Part shown: piece after piece, positions 17,741 through 28,783 of the stretch | Layout of the letters: each line of letters begins with the position of its first letter | Numbering within the stretch: the first letter of the stretch is position 1 | Source: Macrostomum hystrix | Taxonomy: Eukaryota > Animalia > Platyhelminthes | DNA: 64,000 bases | Assembly: GCA_950097015.1 (NCBI GenBank) | Contig: CATNEN010000039.1 | Coordinates: forward strand, 11,904,001 to 11,968,000 | Direction: 5' to 3' | The notes under the pieces: generated by a model | The model's input: only the letters and a program-made list of their open reading frames with translations | What the model was told of the DNA's origin: nothing | Databases searched by the model: none | Program-made: the position numbers and the translations under genes

Positions 17741-18707
17741 GCGGCGGCGGAGGAGGAGGAGGAGGGGTAGCAACTGAAGGGGCCAAGTCGACGGCCGTAA
17801 CCTTCGACTTAGGCACAGCTAGCAGCGGAGGCAATGGATCATCGACTCATCAACGGCATCAACAGCAGCAGCAGCAGCAGTCACAGATACCTGAGCCAAC
17901 TGAGCATGGTAAGTCTAGTACTAGTATTTGTACGAGTAATCGCGAAGAGAAGGCTTGGGAGCTTGGGAGCAATTTACGCCCTGAGGGCCAACCTCCAAGG
18001 CACAGTGAGTGTACACTGCCTAACTATGAGAAAGTCAGGGGCAGATGTACACACCTGTGTGCGTGTGTGCTCATGAGTCAGCGAAATGGGCAGAATTGCC
18101 TCCTCGCTGGCTGCGGGTCTAGTGTCACGAAATGATGTGCCATTGCCCGCAGCCCTTCTGCAATTATTAATATACGAGTACATTATGGGTAATTAAAAGT
18201 GGTGTGGCGACCCACAAAAGTGCCTAGATCTATTTTGGATGCACGCCGGCCCTACCGAGCGCCACCACCCCTGTTCCTCCGCCAGTGAACTACTCCGGCC
18301 ACACTTCGCACGACGTTGGCAGCTCCGGCGACATCCTGGGACCTCAGGAGGCGCCCAGCCAGCCGGAGACGCTCATGCTGTCGCTGGACGAAACCTGGAA
18401 GACTTCGAAATCGGCTAGCGAGGAGAACTTGGACGAACAGCAGCAGCAGCCGCCGCGTGGCGCAGAAGCTGCAGCCGCCGCTCCGGCCGGCATCGATCCG
18501 GTGATGCAAAAGTACATGAGCATGGTTGCTAAGAAACGCGAAGCTGAGAAGGAGCCGCCCCAACCGAAGAGTCGAGTAACAATCAGCTACAGTCCGGATC
18601 CCAGCGAGGTGGACGAGGATGGCGGCATCAGCGACGGCGGTCGCGTTGGCGGCGACTCGAGCGAAGCTTCAGATGCCAAGAAGGAGAATAGCGAGGATTT
18701 TTGGTGA
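8599..18707 (+). CDS. OFD1: OFD1-like centriolar/basal-body protein (LisH + coiled coils)
   Basis: Phase-consistent exons: 8599-9225, 10125-10409, 10758-10864, 10974-11093, 11572-11645, 11728-11819, 13617-13684, 14281-14864, 15579-15849, (16796-16843?), 17616-17908, 18286-18707. LisH region ALKQRGDVEQLKAHLRKRL...LVAEHLRTAGFPYSLSVFVPESGL, then coiled coil QRFRDGELAKARLEE and a C-terminal IDPVMQKYM...EDFW. Start codon unresolved; an in-frame ATG exists at 8548. Confidence 0.85.
9243..10070. repeat. 24-bp minisatellite (OFD1 intron)
   Basis: (CTAGCTGACTGACCCACTGACTCA)n. Confidence 0.95.
11111..11500. repeat. 20/22-bp minisatellite (OFD1 intron)
   Basis: (TTTATAGTGAGATTTCTGTG)n. Confidence 0.95.
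12220..12790. repeat. 16-bp pyrimidine-rich satellite family
   Basis: (TYATCTCTCCCCTGTC)n; same family at about 6675-6755, 25333-25808, 32765-34120 and 43070-43320. Confidence 0.9.
13706..14255. repeat. 30-bp minisatellite (OFD1 intron)
   Basis: (CAGCAGGGTACTATGACCAGTCAGTGAACK)n. Confidence 0.95.
14990..15559. repeat. 20-bp minisatellite (OFD1 intron)
   Basis: (CATAGACTGTATGGATTTCA)n. Confidence 0.95.
15955..16672. repeat. 16-bp minisatellite (OFD1 intron)
   Basis: (TACATAAATCCCACTG)n. Confidence 0.95.
17124..17480. repeat. 15-bp minisatellite (OFD1 intron)
   Basis: (GATCCCATTCTCCCT)n. Confidence 0.9.
17941..18172 (+). mobile_element. 5'-truncated SINE copy in OFD1 intron
   Basis: AGAGAAGGCTTGGG...GGCCAACCTCCAAGGCACAG...CCCGCAGCCCTTCTGCAATTATT matches the family body and tail. 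Confidence 0.85.
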
Positions 18708-19796
18708 ATCTGTCATTCCATTCAAGTCAAACTCTAATTAGCCTACTGATAGTAGGGCTGTGCGAATATCTATCATAGCGTAGAATTTATTTTATCATTT
18801 CGACAGCTGTGCTGCGCTGGCCGTTGATTTTCATTCAATTTTTTATTTCAAAACTATTTCCGTCCGAAAATATTGTCATTTTTGAGATTTGAGATTTGAG
18901 ACTTCAGTTGCATTATTCTGCTATTCGCGTACATTCCCTCGATCGGTCCTCACTCTATGAACTTATTTTCTTAGCCTTTCTTTACATTTTCAGCTATAAC
19001 TAATTCAAACAACTACTAACTATACTACTTATAAAAGCGTGAGCAGTAGCCACTGGCGCTTTTCTTTTTTGTAATTTCATATTTTCAGAAAAAAAACTTA
19101 ATTTTTTAAATAAATTGTCTTCTGCGGTATTTAATGAACCGAAATTGCTTCTGGTGGCAAAAATTAATTGCTATTTTGCATATTGTCTTTGAGTTTAAAT
19201 TTTTGGCTTTACATTGCATTACATCATATGCTTGCCTGCCGCTAAGAATGGGAAACTACGTCGTTTCTTAGAAAAAGTTAAAAATGCTCGTTTTTCAAAC
19301 GAAGTTATCTTTGGAGTTAGGAAATTTTTCCGCATTTTATTGGTGATGGTTTTTGTTTGAATCAGATCAAAGGCTTTTCATTTTGAGATAGCTTAACTAA
19401 CATTTTTCTGCACCGCAACGCAAGCACACGAAACTCAGAAACACGGGCCAACTCTTTGTTTCGCATCTTTTGAAACAAGAATCAAGTCGCCAGCTCTTCA
19501 GACCGTCAAGATATTCAATAGTTCTGGCCGAAGGTCAGATTCTTCCCATAAGCGCTAGTGTATTTCATACACCCCTATAATACACGAATTAGCACTGCGC
19601 CTCAGTGCGGCCTTGCCAGGCATTCAAAACTTATCAGCGTGTCACCCGAATGTGCCTGCATCATCGAATGACCGTCTTCGGTGGTCACCTACCGTCTAGA
19701 CGGATTTGCTGGACCTTCAAGGGCTGCAACAGGTGGAACTAGGCCACTATGGACACCCTGACGCGAATTTCTCCAATTTCACCGATCAAGCCTAAG

Positions 19797-20565
19797 TATT
19801 GCTTTTGTCGCGCTATGTGGAACAGTGGACATGCAAAACGGAACGGCCCATGGAATTCTGTGGCCAAGCGTTTGAATTCACACGAGAAAGTAAGCCATAG
19901 ACAACTCAATCTGTCATGCTATCTGGAACGATGAGCCAGAATAGAAGGAACGATTTTAGCTTTTCACAGAGACAACACGCTTTCATTTTCTTTCGTTTGA
20001 TCAGTTAAGCAATAATGGCGCCCCAAATTGCTGTTCGTGATCGACAGCGCATTTGCTAACTCTGCGTTGAAGTCAAATCTCAAGAACCATTTGGCGGAAG
20101 CCGGTATGGTTGAGGATGAGCAAGTTCCACCAGAAGGAGTGACACTTGAGCAGTGGAGATTCATGCTACTTGAACGAGAGGCGACTGAAGCTGTTGGTCA
20201 AGCAATCACTGCTGACAAGTGCGCTGGTTGGGAGCTGCGCTGCAATCGATTGTTTGGATTGTGTTTGCAGCGACATCTGTTTTAGGGGTTGAAATTTTTT
20301 AACTTTGATGCTTCAATTTCAGACTTAAAATAAGATTCATTTGAATGCAACTCAGAAAAATGTTCTGTTTCTGCTTGTTTTTATTCATTCTGCAAATAAA
20401 ATCTAATCTGGTTCCTTCTATTCTGGCTCATCGTTCCACATAGCATTACAAATTGAGTTGTCTAAGGCTTACTTTCTCGTGTGAATTCAAACGCTCGGCC
20501 ATAGAATTCCATGGGCCGTTCCGTTTTGCATATCCACTGTTCCACATAGTGCGACAAAAGCAATA
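19797..20565 (+). mobile_element. Internally deleted Tc1/IS630-like DNA transposon with about 155-bp TIRs
   Basis: 19797-19951 is the near-exact reverse complement of 20411-20565, and both ends are TA. The internal ORF remnant ...EAVGQAITADKCAGWELRCNRLFGLCL resembles the DDE_3 transposase C-terminus. Confidence 0.75.
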
Positions 20566-20817
20566 TTAGACGCAGCTCAACCGCAGTACACCCTGGCCTA
20601 GTTTTTATTTAGAATTGATATATGATGTGGCTGTTTGAAAACCTCCCGTCATCTGCTGTTAAATATTTTATAAAAAGGTCATAGACTAAACCTTATTTAG
20701 TTCTATTGGGCAATGCAAGATAAAGCCGTGCCTAAGCATCAATATAACGCTGGCTTGATGATTTTTGTTTGAAAATCCATCATCGGTCAGGAGGCCGCGC
20801 GCCCCTGACTGTCCGCC

Positions 20818-21150
20818 ATGGAGCGTCACTGGCGGGAGCTGATCCTGCAGCGGCCCATGTACTTGGAGGCGCAATTTCGCGCGGACAACAAGCTCGCCTT
20901 CGACTTTTTCAAAGCGCTGTCAGACGCCCTGGTTCTGCGCATGCCATGCATACATTGCTACCCACTTCATCTGGAGAAGGTGTTCTGCCGAGAGGACAAA
21001 CTGCTTCTGCTCATGGGTCGCGATGTCATGCGGATCGACCTAAACGCGCTGGCCAATAAGGACTTCGCAGCTGAAATTGAACGCGTCCTGGAGCGACTGC
21101 AGGAGGTTCACGACGAACTGGTGCTTGCTCAGGGGGCGCTGAAGCTGTGA
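20818..21150 (+). CDS. Uncharacterised single-exon 110-aa protein
   Basis: Non-repetitive GC-rich ORF with strong Kozak context (ccgccATGg), exon-like GC3 bias and TATAAAA at about 20668. No family recognised. Confidence 0.5.
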   Translation: MERHWRELILQRPMYLEAQFRADNKLAFDFFKALSDALVLRMPCIHCYPLHLEKVFCREDKLLLLMGRDVMRIDLNALANKDFAAEIERVLERLQEVHDELVLAQGALKL

Positions 21151-21156
21151 CTGGAG

Positions 21157-21447
21157 AGTGACAGAGGAGAGTGCTGTGTCAGGGACATCTGTGACAGCAG
21201 AGTGACAGAGGAGAGTGCTGTGTCAGGGACATCTGTGACAGCAGAGTGACAGAGGAGAGTGCTGTGTCAGGGACATCTGTGACAGCAGAGTGACAGAGGA
21301 GAGTGCTGTGTCAGGGACATCTGTGACAGCAGAGTGACAGAGGAGAGTGCTGTGTCAGGGACATCTGTGACAGCAGAGTGACAGAGGAGAGTGCTGTGTC
21401 AGGGACATCTGTGACAGCAGAGTGACAGAGGAGAGTGCTGTGTCAGG
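21157..21447. repeat. 44-bp near-perfect tandem repeat
   Basis: (AGTGACAGAGGAGAGTGCTGTGTCAGGGACATCTGTGACAGCAG), about 6.6 copies. Confidence 0.95.
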
Positions 21448-21719
21448 CGTGCTGCTGTTGCCAAGGTAAACTTAGACGATCTTATTCAAAAACAAAACTA
21501 TTTTTTATCATTGATATTTTTTACGTGCTTAATGAAATATTATGCATGAAAACAATGACAACCGATGGTTACTGATCCTTTTCGAAACACTTTCACAACG
21601 CCTTCTGTCTCCGCTGTCTCATTTTTTATTCGTTAAATTTACATATCAGTGCGCAAATCTGCATTAATTAGATTGCCTCAGGCTGTCGCGCTTTGCCATC
21701 TGCAATCCCACTTCGAATC

Positions 21720-23097
21720 TCCATCTCCCATCTCTCTTCTCCCATCTCTCTTCTCCTATCTCTCTTCTCCCACCTCTCTTCTCCCATTTCTCTTCTCCCA
21801 CCTCTCTTCTCCTATCTCTCTTCTCCCACCTCTCTTCTCCTATCTCTCTTCTCCCACCTCTCTTCTCCCACCTCTCTTCTCCCACCTCTCTTCTCCTATC
21901 TCTCTTCCCCTATCTCTCTTCTCCCATCTCTCTTCTCGCACCTCTCTTCTCTCACCTCTCTTCTCCCACCTCTCTTCTCCCATCTCTCTTCCCACCTCTC
22001 TTCTCCCATCTCTCTTCTCCCATTTCTCTTCTCCCACCTCTCTTCTCCTATCTCTCTTCTCCCATCTCTCTTCCAATCTCTCTTCTGCTATCTCTCTTCT
22101 CCCACCTCTCTTCTCCCATTTCTCTTCTCCCACCTCTCTTCTCCTATCTCTCTTCTCCCACCTCTCTTCTCCTATCTCTCTTCTCCCACCTCTCTTCTCC
22201 TATCTCTCTTCTCCCACCTCTCTTCTCCCACCTCTCTTCTCCCACCTCTCTTCTCCCACCTCTCTTCTCCCATCTCTCTTCCCACCTCTCTTCTCCCATC
22301 TCTCTTCTCCCATTTCTCTTCTCCCACCTCTCTTCTCCTATCTCTCTTGTCCTATCTCTCTTCTCCCATCTCTCTTCCCACCTCTCTTCTCCCATTTCTC
22401 TTCTCCCACCTCTCTTCCCACCTCTCTTCTCCTATCTCTCTTCTCCCACCTCTCTTCTCCTATCTCTCTTCTCCTATCTCTCTTCTCCCACCTCTCTTCT
22501 CCCACCTCTCTTCTCCTATCTCTCTTCCCCTATCTCTCTTCTCCCATCTCTCTTCTCGCACCTCTCTTCTCTCACCTCTCTTCTCCCACCTCTCTTCTCC
22601 CATCTCTCTTCCCACCTCTCTTCTCCCATCTCTCTTCTCCCATTTCTCTTCTCCCACCTCTCTTCTCCTATCTCTCTTGTCCTATCTCTCTTCTCCCATC
22701 TCTCTTCCCACCTCTCTTCTCCTATCTCTCTTCTCCCATTTCTCTTCTCCCACCTCTCTTCCCACCTCTCTTCTCCTATCTCTCTTCTCCCACCTCTCTT
22801 CTCCTATCTCTCTTCTCCTATCTCTCTTCTCCCACCTCTCTTCTCCCACCTCTCTTCTCCTATCTCTCTTCCCCTATCTCTCTTCTCCCATCTCTCTTCT
22901 CGCACCTCTCTTCTCTCACCTCTCTTCTCCCACCTCTCTTCTCCCATCTCTCTTCCCACCTCTCTTCTCCCATCTCTCTTCTCCCATTTCTCTTCTCCCA
23001 CCTCTCTTCTCCTATCTCTCTTGTCCTATCTCTCTTCTCCCATCTCTCTTCCCACCTCTCTTCTCCTATCTCTCTTCTCCCATTTCTCTTCTCCTAT
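21720..23097. repeat. 14-bp polypyrimidine satellite with higher-order duplications
   Basis: (CTCCCACCTCTCTT)n; the variant TTCTCGCACC recurs three times. Confidence 0.95.
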
Positions 23098-23719
23098 CGC
23101 TCATCTCCGATAATTTTTCGGCAGGTGAGTGGCAGAGCGGTTAACGCGTTTGCCTCTCGCACCATCTCTCTCTTCTCCCATCTCCCAAGTCTGGGATAAT
23201 TGTCCCTCCAAAATCAGTCACCAATTGAGCATGGGGCAGTTATTTTCCAGCAAATTGCTTGCACAAAATCTCAGCTAAAGGGTCACAGGTGGCCACCATG
23301 CAGTCGCAGTGCCGGCATCGCTTGCTGAGTAATATTTTAGCCATTTACAGACATTTTCTTTTTCATTTTTCTTCCGCAGCAATTTTTAGGAGGCGGCAGT
23401 TCTTAGAACGAGGACTTGTTTTTATCAAAGCGATTTAATTGGGTGGGAGAATCATAATTGGAGTCGCCAATAAACAGAGCTTGCTGAGAAATTGCTTGAA
23501 AAACAGGCAGCCATTATTATCCAACAGCAGGTATTTAACCTTGAACACTGTCTGCATCTGGTGATTAAGGTTAGCTGGCCATACTAAATGTTACTGCCGG
23601 CGATCGAAAATATCCTAATTTAGTAACAGCCACTTCCCAGAGAGTGCTTCAAATATTTTTATAACGTTTGTAGGAATTTTCACCTAATTAAAATATAATG
23701 AACACATTTCCTATTACCT

Positions 23720-24035
23720 CCCCACATCCCATTTGCATACCGCAACCACACAACACATCCCCACATCCCATCCCCACATTCCATTTGCATACCCCAACCA
23801 CACACCACATCCCCACATCCCATCCCCACATCCCATTTGCATACCACAACCACACACCACATCCCCACATCCCCTTTGCATACCCAACCCACACACCCCA
23901 TTCGCTCATCCCATTCACAGATCCCATCCCCAGATCCCATCCGCAGATCCCATCCCAAATCCCATCCCCAGATCCCATCCCCAATTCCCGTCCCTAAATC
24001 CCATCCCCAGATCCCACCCCCAAATCCCATCCCCA
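23720..24035. repeat. C-rich low-complexity repeat (G4-prone on minus strand)
   Basis: CCCCACATCCCAT / CCCAGATCCCAT units. Confidence 0.8.
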
Positions 24036-24054
24036 TGCAATTGCATTACAATTT

Positions 24055-24460
24055 CACGGTAATGCAGCTGTTAGACACGGTAATGCACGTTGTTAGACAC
24101 GGTAATGCAATTGTTAGACACGGTAATGCAACTGTTAGACACTCGACAGCAACTGTTAGACACGGTAATGCAGCTGTTAGACACGGTAATGCAGCTGTTA
24201 GACACGGTAATGCAGCTGTTAGACACGGTAATGCAGCTGTTAGACACGGTAATGCAGCTGTTAGACACGGTAATGCACGTTGTTAGACACGGTAATGCAA
24301 TTGTTAGACACTCAGCAGCAACTGTTAGACACGGTATTGCAACTGTTAGACACTTAACAGCAACTGTTAGACACCCGACAGCAACTGTTAGACACCCGAC
24401 AGCAACTGTTAGACACCCGACAGCAACTGTTAGACACCCGAAAGCAACTGTTAGACACGC
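24055..24460. repeat. 21-bp minisatellite upstream of the peptide-gene TATA box
   Basis: (GCAGCTGTTAGACACGGTAAT)n. Confidence 0.95.
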
Positions 24461-24504
24461 ACTCTGCCGTGTCTTGCCATCTTCCCATTGGCCATCGAAT
24501 TCAG

Positions 24505-24512
24505 TATATAAA
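24505..24512 (+). promoter_or_regulatory. TATA box of the Cys-rich peptide gene
   Basis: TATATAAA about 70 bp upstream of a canonical donor AAG|GTGAGT at 24574. Confidence 0.55.
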
Positions 24513-24689
24513 CGCGAGCATTCTAGCCAGGATTTTTCTGCTACTTAGAATCTTGGACTGATCCCCAAAAAAGGTGAGTTAAAAACGGAAATTAACCATC
24601 GAAATTCTACGATTCTACGTATTTCAAATTAAAATAATTATTCTCCTATTTATTTTCGAAGCTTCCAAGAGCGGTGCAATACTGCGGCA

Positions 24690-25004
24690 ATGCAACAGCA
24701 CAATCTTCTTCTACTGGCCCTGCTGGTCCTGACTGTCGGCTGCTGTTTAACCAGCTCCGATGCCTCGAATGCCACTGGTGGTCGTGGACGTCGGCCGAGG
24801 TTGCCGAGCCCGTACGGACCAGGCGCAGACCTGAGTCGGTATCCGTACTACGACTCTGAGCTGCGCTGCAACAGGGACATTGGCCGGGACTTTGCTCCGT
24901 GCACCAGCCATGCTGACTGTTGCGAGCCCAACCTCTGCCTGTGGCGCCGGGGCGATGCTCGCGGCTACTGCTGCTGCAGCTTCCCGGACCAGGAGAGCGA
25001 GTGA
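24690..25004 (+). CDS. Secreted cysteine-rich (knottin/ICK-like) prepropeptide with RGD motif
   Basis: Hydrophobic signal peptide LLLLALLVLTVGCC, basic RGRRPR pro-site, then C-X10-C-X5-CC-X4-C-X10-CCC. TATATAAA at 24505-24512 and a candidate 5'UTR intron at 24574-24661 (GTGAGT...AG). Confidence 0.8.
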   Translation: MQQHNLLLLALLVLTVGCCLTSSDASNATGGRGRRPRLPSPYGPGADLSRYPYYDSELRCNRDIGRDFAPCTSHADCCEPNLCLWRRGDARGYCCCSFPDQESE

Positions 25005-25332
25005 AGCTTGAAGCCTGCAGCTGGTCCCAGAAGGATTTGGCTAGACTTTTTTTGTCAAACTCCCCGATTCTGGACAGGCGATCTGCGTTGTTTTTAAATA
25101 ACTTTCTGTTCTAAGAAAATGATTCCCATTTGTTTTATTTTGTAACAGTCAAACACACTTGGATAAATTGGATTGACCAAATGATTTCTTGTGTTCAGAA
25201 GCAAACTTATACGACTGCACACAAAATTTGAGCATTACAAAACTACTGCAGCTATTTCGTTTTTATTTTAGAAATACTTTTAGAGACCATTGAATTGAAA
25301 GAGAATCTACTTTTACACCTGAAGGGATGCGA

Positions 25333-25808
25333 CAGGAGAGAGATGAGACAGGGAAGAGATAAGAACAGGGGAGGGATGAGTCACGGGAGAGATGAGACAG
25401 GGGAGAGATAAGAACAGGGGGAGAGATAATAACAGGGAGAGATAAGAACGGGGGAGAGATAATAGGGGAGAGATTAGACAGGGGCGGGATGAGTCACGGG
25501 AGAGATGATAGAGGGGAGAGATGAGACAGGGGAGAGAAAAGAACATGGGAGAGATTAGACAGGGGAGAGATGAGACAGGGGGAGATAAGACAGGGGAGAG
25601 ATAAGACAGGGGGAGATAAGACAGGGGAGAGATAAGACAGGGGGAGATGAGATACGGGAGAGATGAGACAGAGATGAGAGAGATGAGACAGGGAGAGATT
25701 AGACAGGGGGAGATAAGACAGGGCAGAGATGAGACAGAGATGAGAGAGATGAGACAGGGAGAGATTAGACAGGGGGAGATAAGACAGGGCAGAGATGAGA
25801 CAGAGGAG
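25333..25808. repeat. 16-bp satellite family (purine strand)
   Basis: (GACAGGGGAGAGATRA)n. Confidence 0.9.
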
Positions 25809-26343
25809 AGATTCAGAAGCACCGCTGGCCGTATCTGGTTGACTGCCCAGTGATTTCCGACGCATCTTAAAACTGTTCTAGGCAGGCAAGCCTCCAAAAA
25901 GTTGGAAAATCTTGACAACACTGGATAGTAATGTTATATTTTATCTTTGCGCGTTAGTCTTCACAAATATCTGTGAATCCAACTCCCTCCCACTCTCAAA
26001 GTCCCGTATCGTCGCTGACTCATTGGCAAATAAAGAGTCAAACAAGCAAGCCCTAATGATATTTTAATCAGCTCTAAATTGGATTCAGTCAAGGTAAACC
26101 TGAGCACAGCTGAGTAGGCCTTGAACTCCATTGAGTTGGACAATTAACCTCACAAATAGCCCGCTGCAAACAGAGAAATAAATCAATTCAGTAGACACTT
26201 GTTATGGAAGCATCTGATGCACGCAAATTTCAATCATCTTCTAAAAATAATTTTATTTGTAGAATATCTATCCTCATAGTACATGTATAAACACTGATCC
26301 ATTTCATCTAATTTTAATCCGATACAAAGCTACTCTTCTACCA

Positions 26344-26700
26344 GGGTCGGTGGCAGAGCTGTCTAACGCGTTTGCCTCTCGCACCAAGGTCCCTGAGCTT
26401 GATTCCGATGAGAGGCCACATTCATTTGGGGCTTGTCGTGCAATTTACGCCATTAAGGGCCTGACTCCAAGGTACAGTGAGAGTGTACGCTGCTCGACAA
26501 ACACACTGTCTGGGCCGATGTACACAACTGTTTTAGCGTGTGCCTGCGTACAGTATCTGTGTAAGTGTGAGCTCAGGAGTTAGAGGAATAGGAAGAATTG
26601 CCCCTTCGCTGGCTGAAGGGGCTAGTGTCACCAAATGATGTGCCATTGCCCGCAGCCCTCCTGCAATCATTATTATTTTATTAATATCATTATCATTATC
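26344..26700 (+). mobile_element. SINE copy (same family)
   Basis: GGGTCGGTGGCAGAGC head through CCCGCAGCCCTCCTGCAATCATTATT tail, collinear with 35027-35394. Confidence 0.85.
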
Positions 26701-27019
26701 ACTCTTCTACCATGTGTATTTGTACCAGTATCATTGCTTCTCTGTCTGACTAAATTTCAGCACCAGCAGTTTCGGTGTTTGGCTCCGGGTTGACTCGGCG
26801 AAGCTTCACGGCGATGGCGCGGCCAGCAAAGTAGAACAGTTCAAGAAGCACAGATTGTCAGGACTGAGATGCCGGTCCAGAGACCCAGGGTTCCTGAGAT
26901 TTTTTATCACAAGCAGTTACTTCTGTGTCGTTGAGCTATAGACACTTCACGGTAATTTAATATTTCTTTGGTTAATGTAGAGTTTGTGCGAGAGACACCC
27001 ACACCGTCCATGGACTGAG

Positions 27020-27155
27020 CAGCTTCACGCACACACAGGGGTGTGTACACCTGTCCTGACTTTCTCATCGTCAGGCAGTGTACACTCTCACTGTGCCTTG
27101 GAGGTTGGCACTCAAGGGCGTGAACTGCACGTCAAGCCCCCAAGGCTTCTCACCA
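27020..27155 (-). mobile_element. SINE fragment
   Basis: Reverse complement of the family body (GAGAAAGTCAGG...GTGTACACACC). Confidence 0.75.
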
Positions 27156-27522
27156 CGTCGACGCAGTCCCCTTGATCCGAAGTGTTAAACTGTCGTTCGG
27201 TCTCCAAAAATGGACTAGAATGTTTAGGAGAACCGTGGTTGAAGGTTGCAGGTTAGCACATTTTTAGCAGAGTCAAGGACCATATGAACTAGAATTCTGT
27301 TTTCATTAACCTCGCAATCTGTGGGTAAATCTTTGAAAGGAAAAGTTTACCTAAAATTATATCTGAGTAAAGGGTGGTAGTATTTTTTTATTAAAAAACT
27401 GCTGACTTCGATCGGTTGAAAAGCTGAAGCATTGTACTCAGGTTCGCAATCTTCTCTAGCCAGCCCAGCGATGAAGGGACATTCAGGTCAGCGGAATTTA
27501 CTCTAGAAAATTAGAGAAAACA

Positions 27523-28783
27523 GGTATGCTACATCAGGGATGCTACATCAGGTATGCTACATCAGGGATGCTACATCAGGGATGCTACATCAGGGATGGT
27601 ACATCAGGGATGCTACATCAGGGATGCTACATCAGGGATGCTACATCAGGGATGCTACATCAGGGATGCTACATCAGGGATGCTACATCAGGGATGGTAC
27701 ATCAGGGATGGTACATCAGGGATGCTACATCAGGGATGCTACATCAGGGATGCTACATCAGGGATGCTACATCAGGGATGCTACATCAGGTATGGTACAT
27801 CAGGGATGGCACATCAGGGATGCTACATCAGGGATGCTACATCAGGGATGCTACATCAGGGATGCTACATCAGGGATGCTACATCAGGGATGCTACATCA
27901 GGGATGCTACATCAGGGATGCTACATCAGGGATGCTACATCAGGGATGCTACATCAGGGATGGTACATCAGGGATGGTACATCAGGGATGCTACATCAGG
28001 GATGCTACATCAGGGATGCTACATCAGGGATGCTACATCAGGGATGCTACATCAGGTATGCTACATCAGGGATGCTACATCAGGTATGCTACATCAGGGA
28101 TGCTACATCAGGGATGCTACATCAGGGATGCTACATCAGGGATGCTACATCAGGGATGCTACATCAGGGATGCTACATCAGGGATGCTACATCAGGGATG
28201 CTACATCAGGTATGGTACATCAGGTATGGTACATCAGGTATGGTACATCAGGTATGCTACATCAAGTATGCTACATCAGGGATGGTACATCAGGGATGCT
28301 ACATCAGGGATGCTACATCAGGGATGCTACATCAGGGATGCTACATCAGGGATGCTACATCAGGGATGCTACATCAGGGATGCTACATCAGGTATGGTAC
28401 ATCAGGTATGGTACATCAGGTATGGTACATCAGGGATACTACATCAGGGATGCTACATCAGGTATGCTACATCAGGGATGCTACATCAGGTATGGTACAT
28501 CAGGTATGGTACATCAGGGATACTACATCAGGGATGCTACATCAGGTATGCTACATCAGGTATGCTACATCAGGGATGCTACATCAGGGATGCTACATCA
28601 GGTATGGTACATCAGGTATGGTACATCAGGTATGGTACATCAGGGATACTACATCAGGGATGCTACATCAGGTATGCTACATCAGGTATGCTACATCAGG
28701 TATGCTACATCAGGGATGCTACATCAGGTATGCTACATCAAGTATGCTACATCAGGGATGGTACATCAGGGATGCTACATCAG
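27523..28783. repeat. 14-bp minisatellite at the Gypsy truncation point
   Basis: (TGCTACATCAGGGA), about 90 copies. Confidence 0.95.

Noticed and set aside
21649-23199. 483/516-aa Ser/Leu/Pro-rich ORFs
   Set aside because: Translation of a polypyrimidine satellite.
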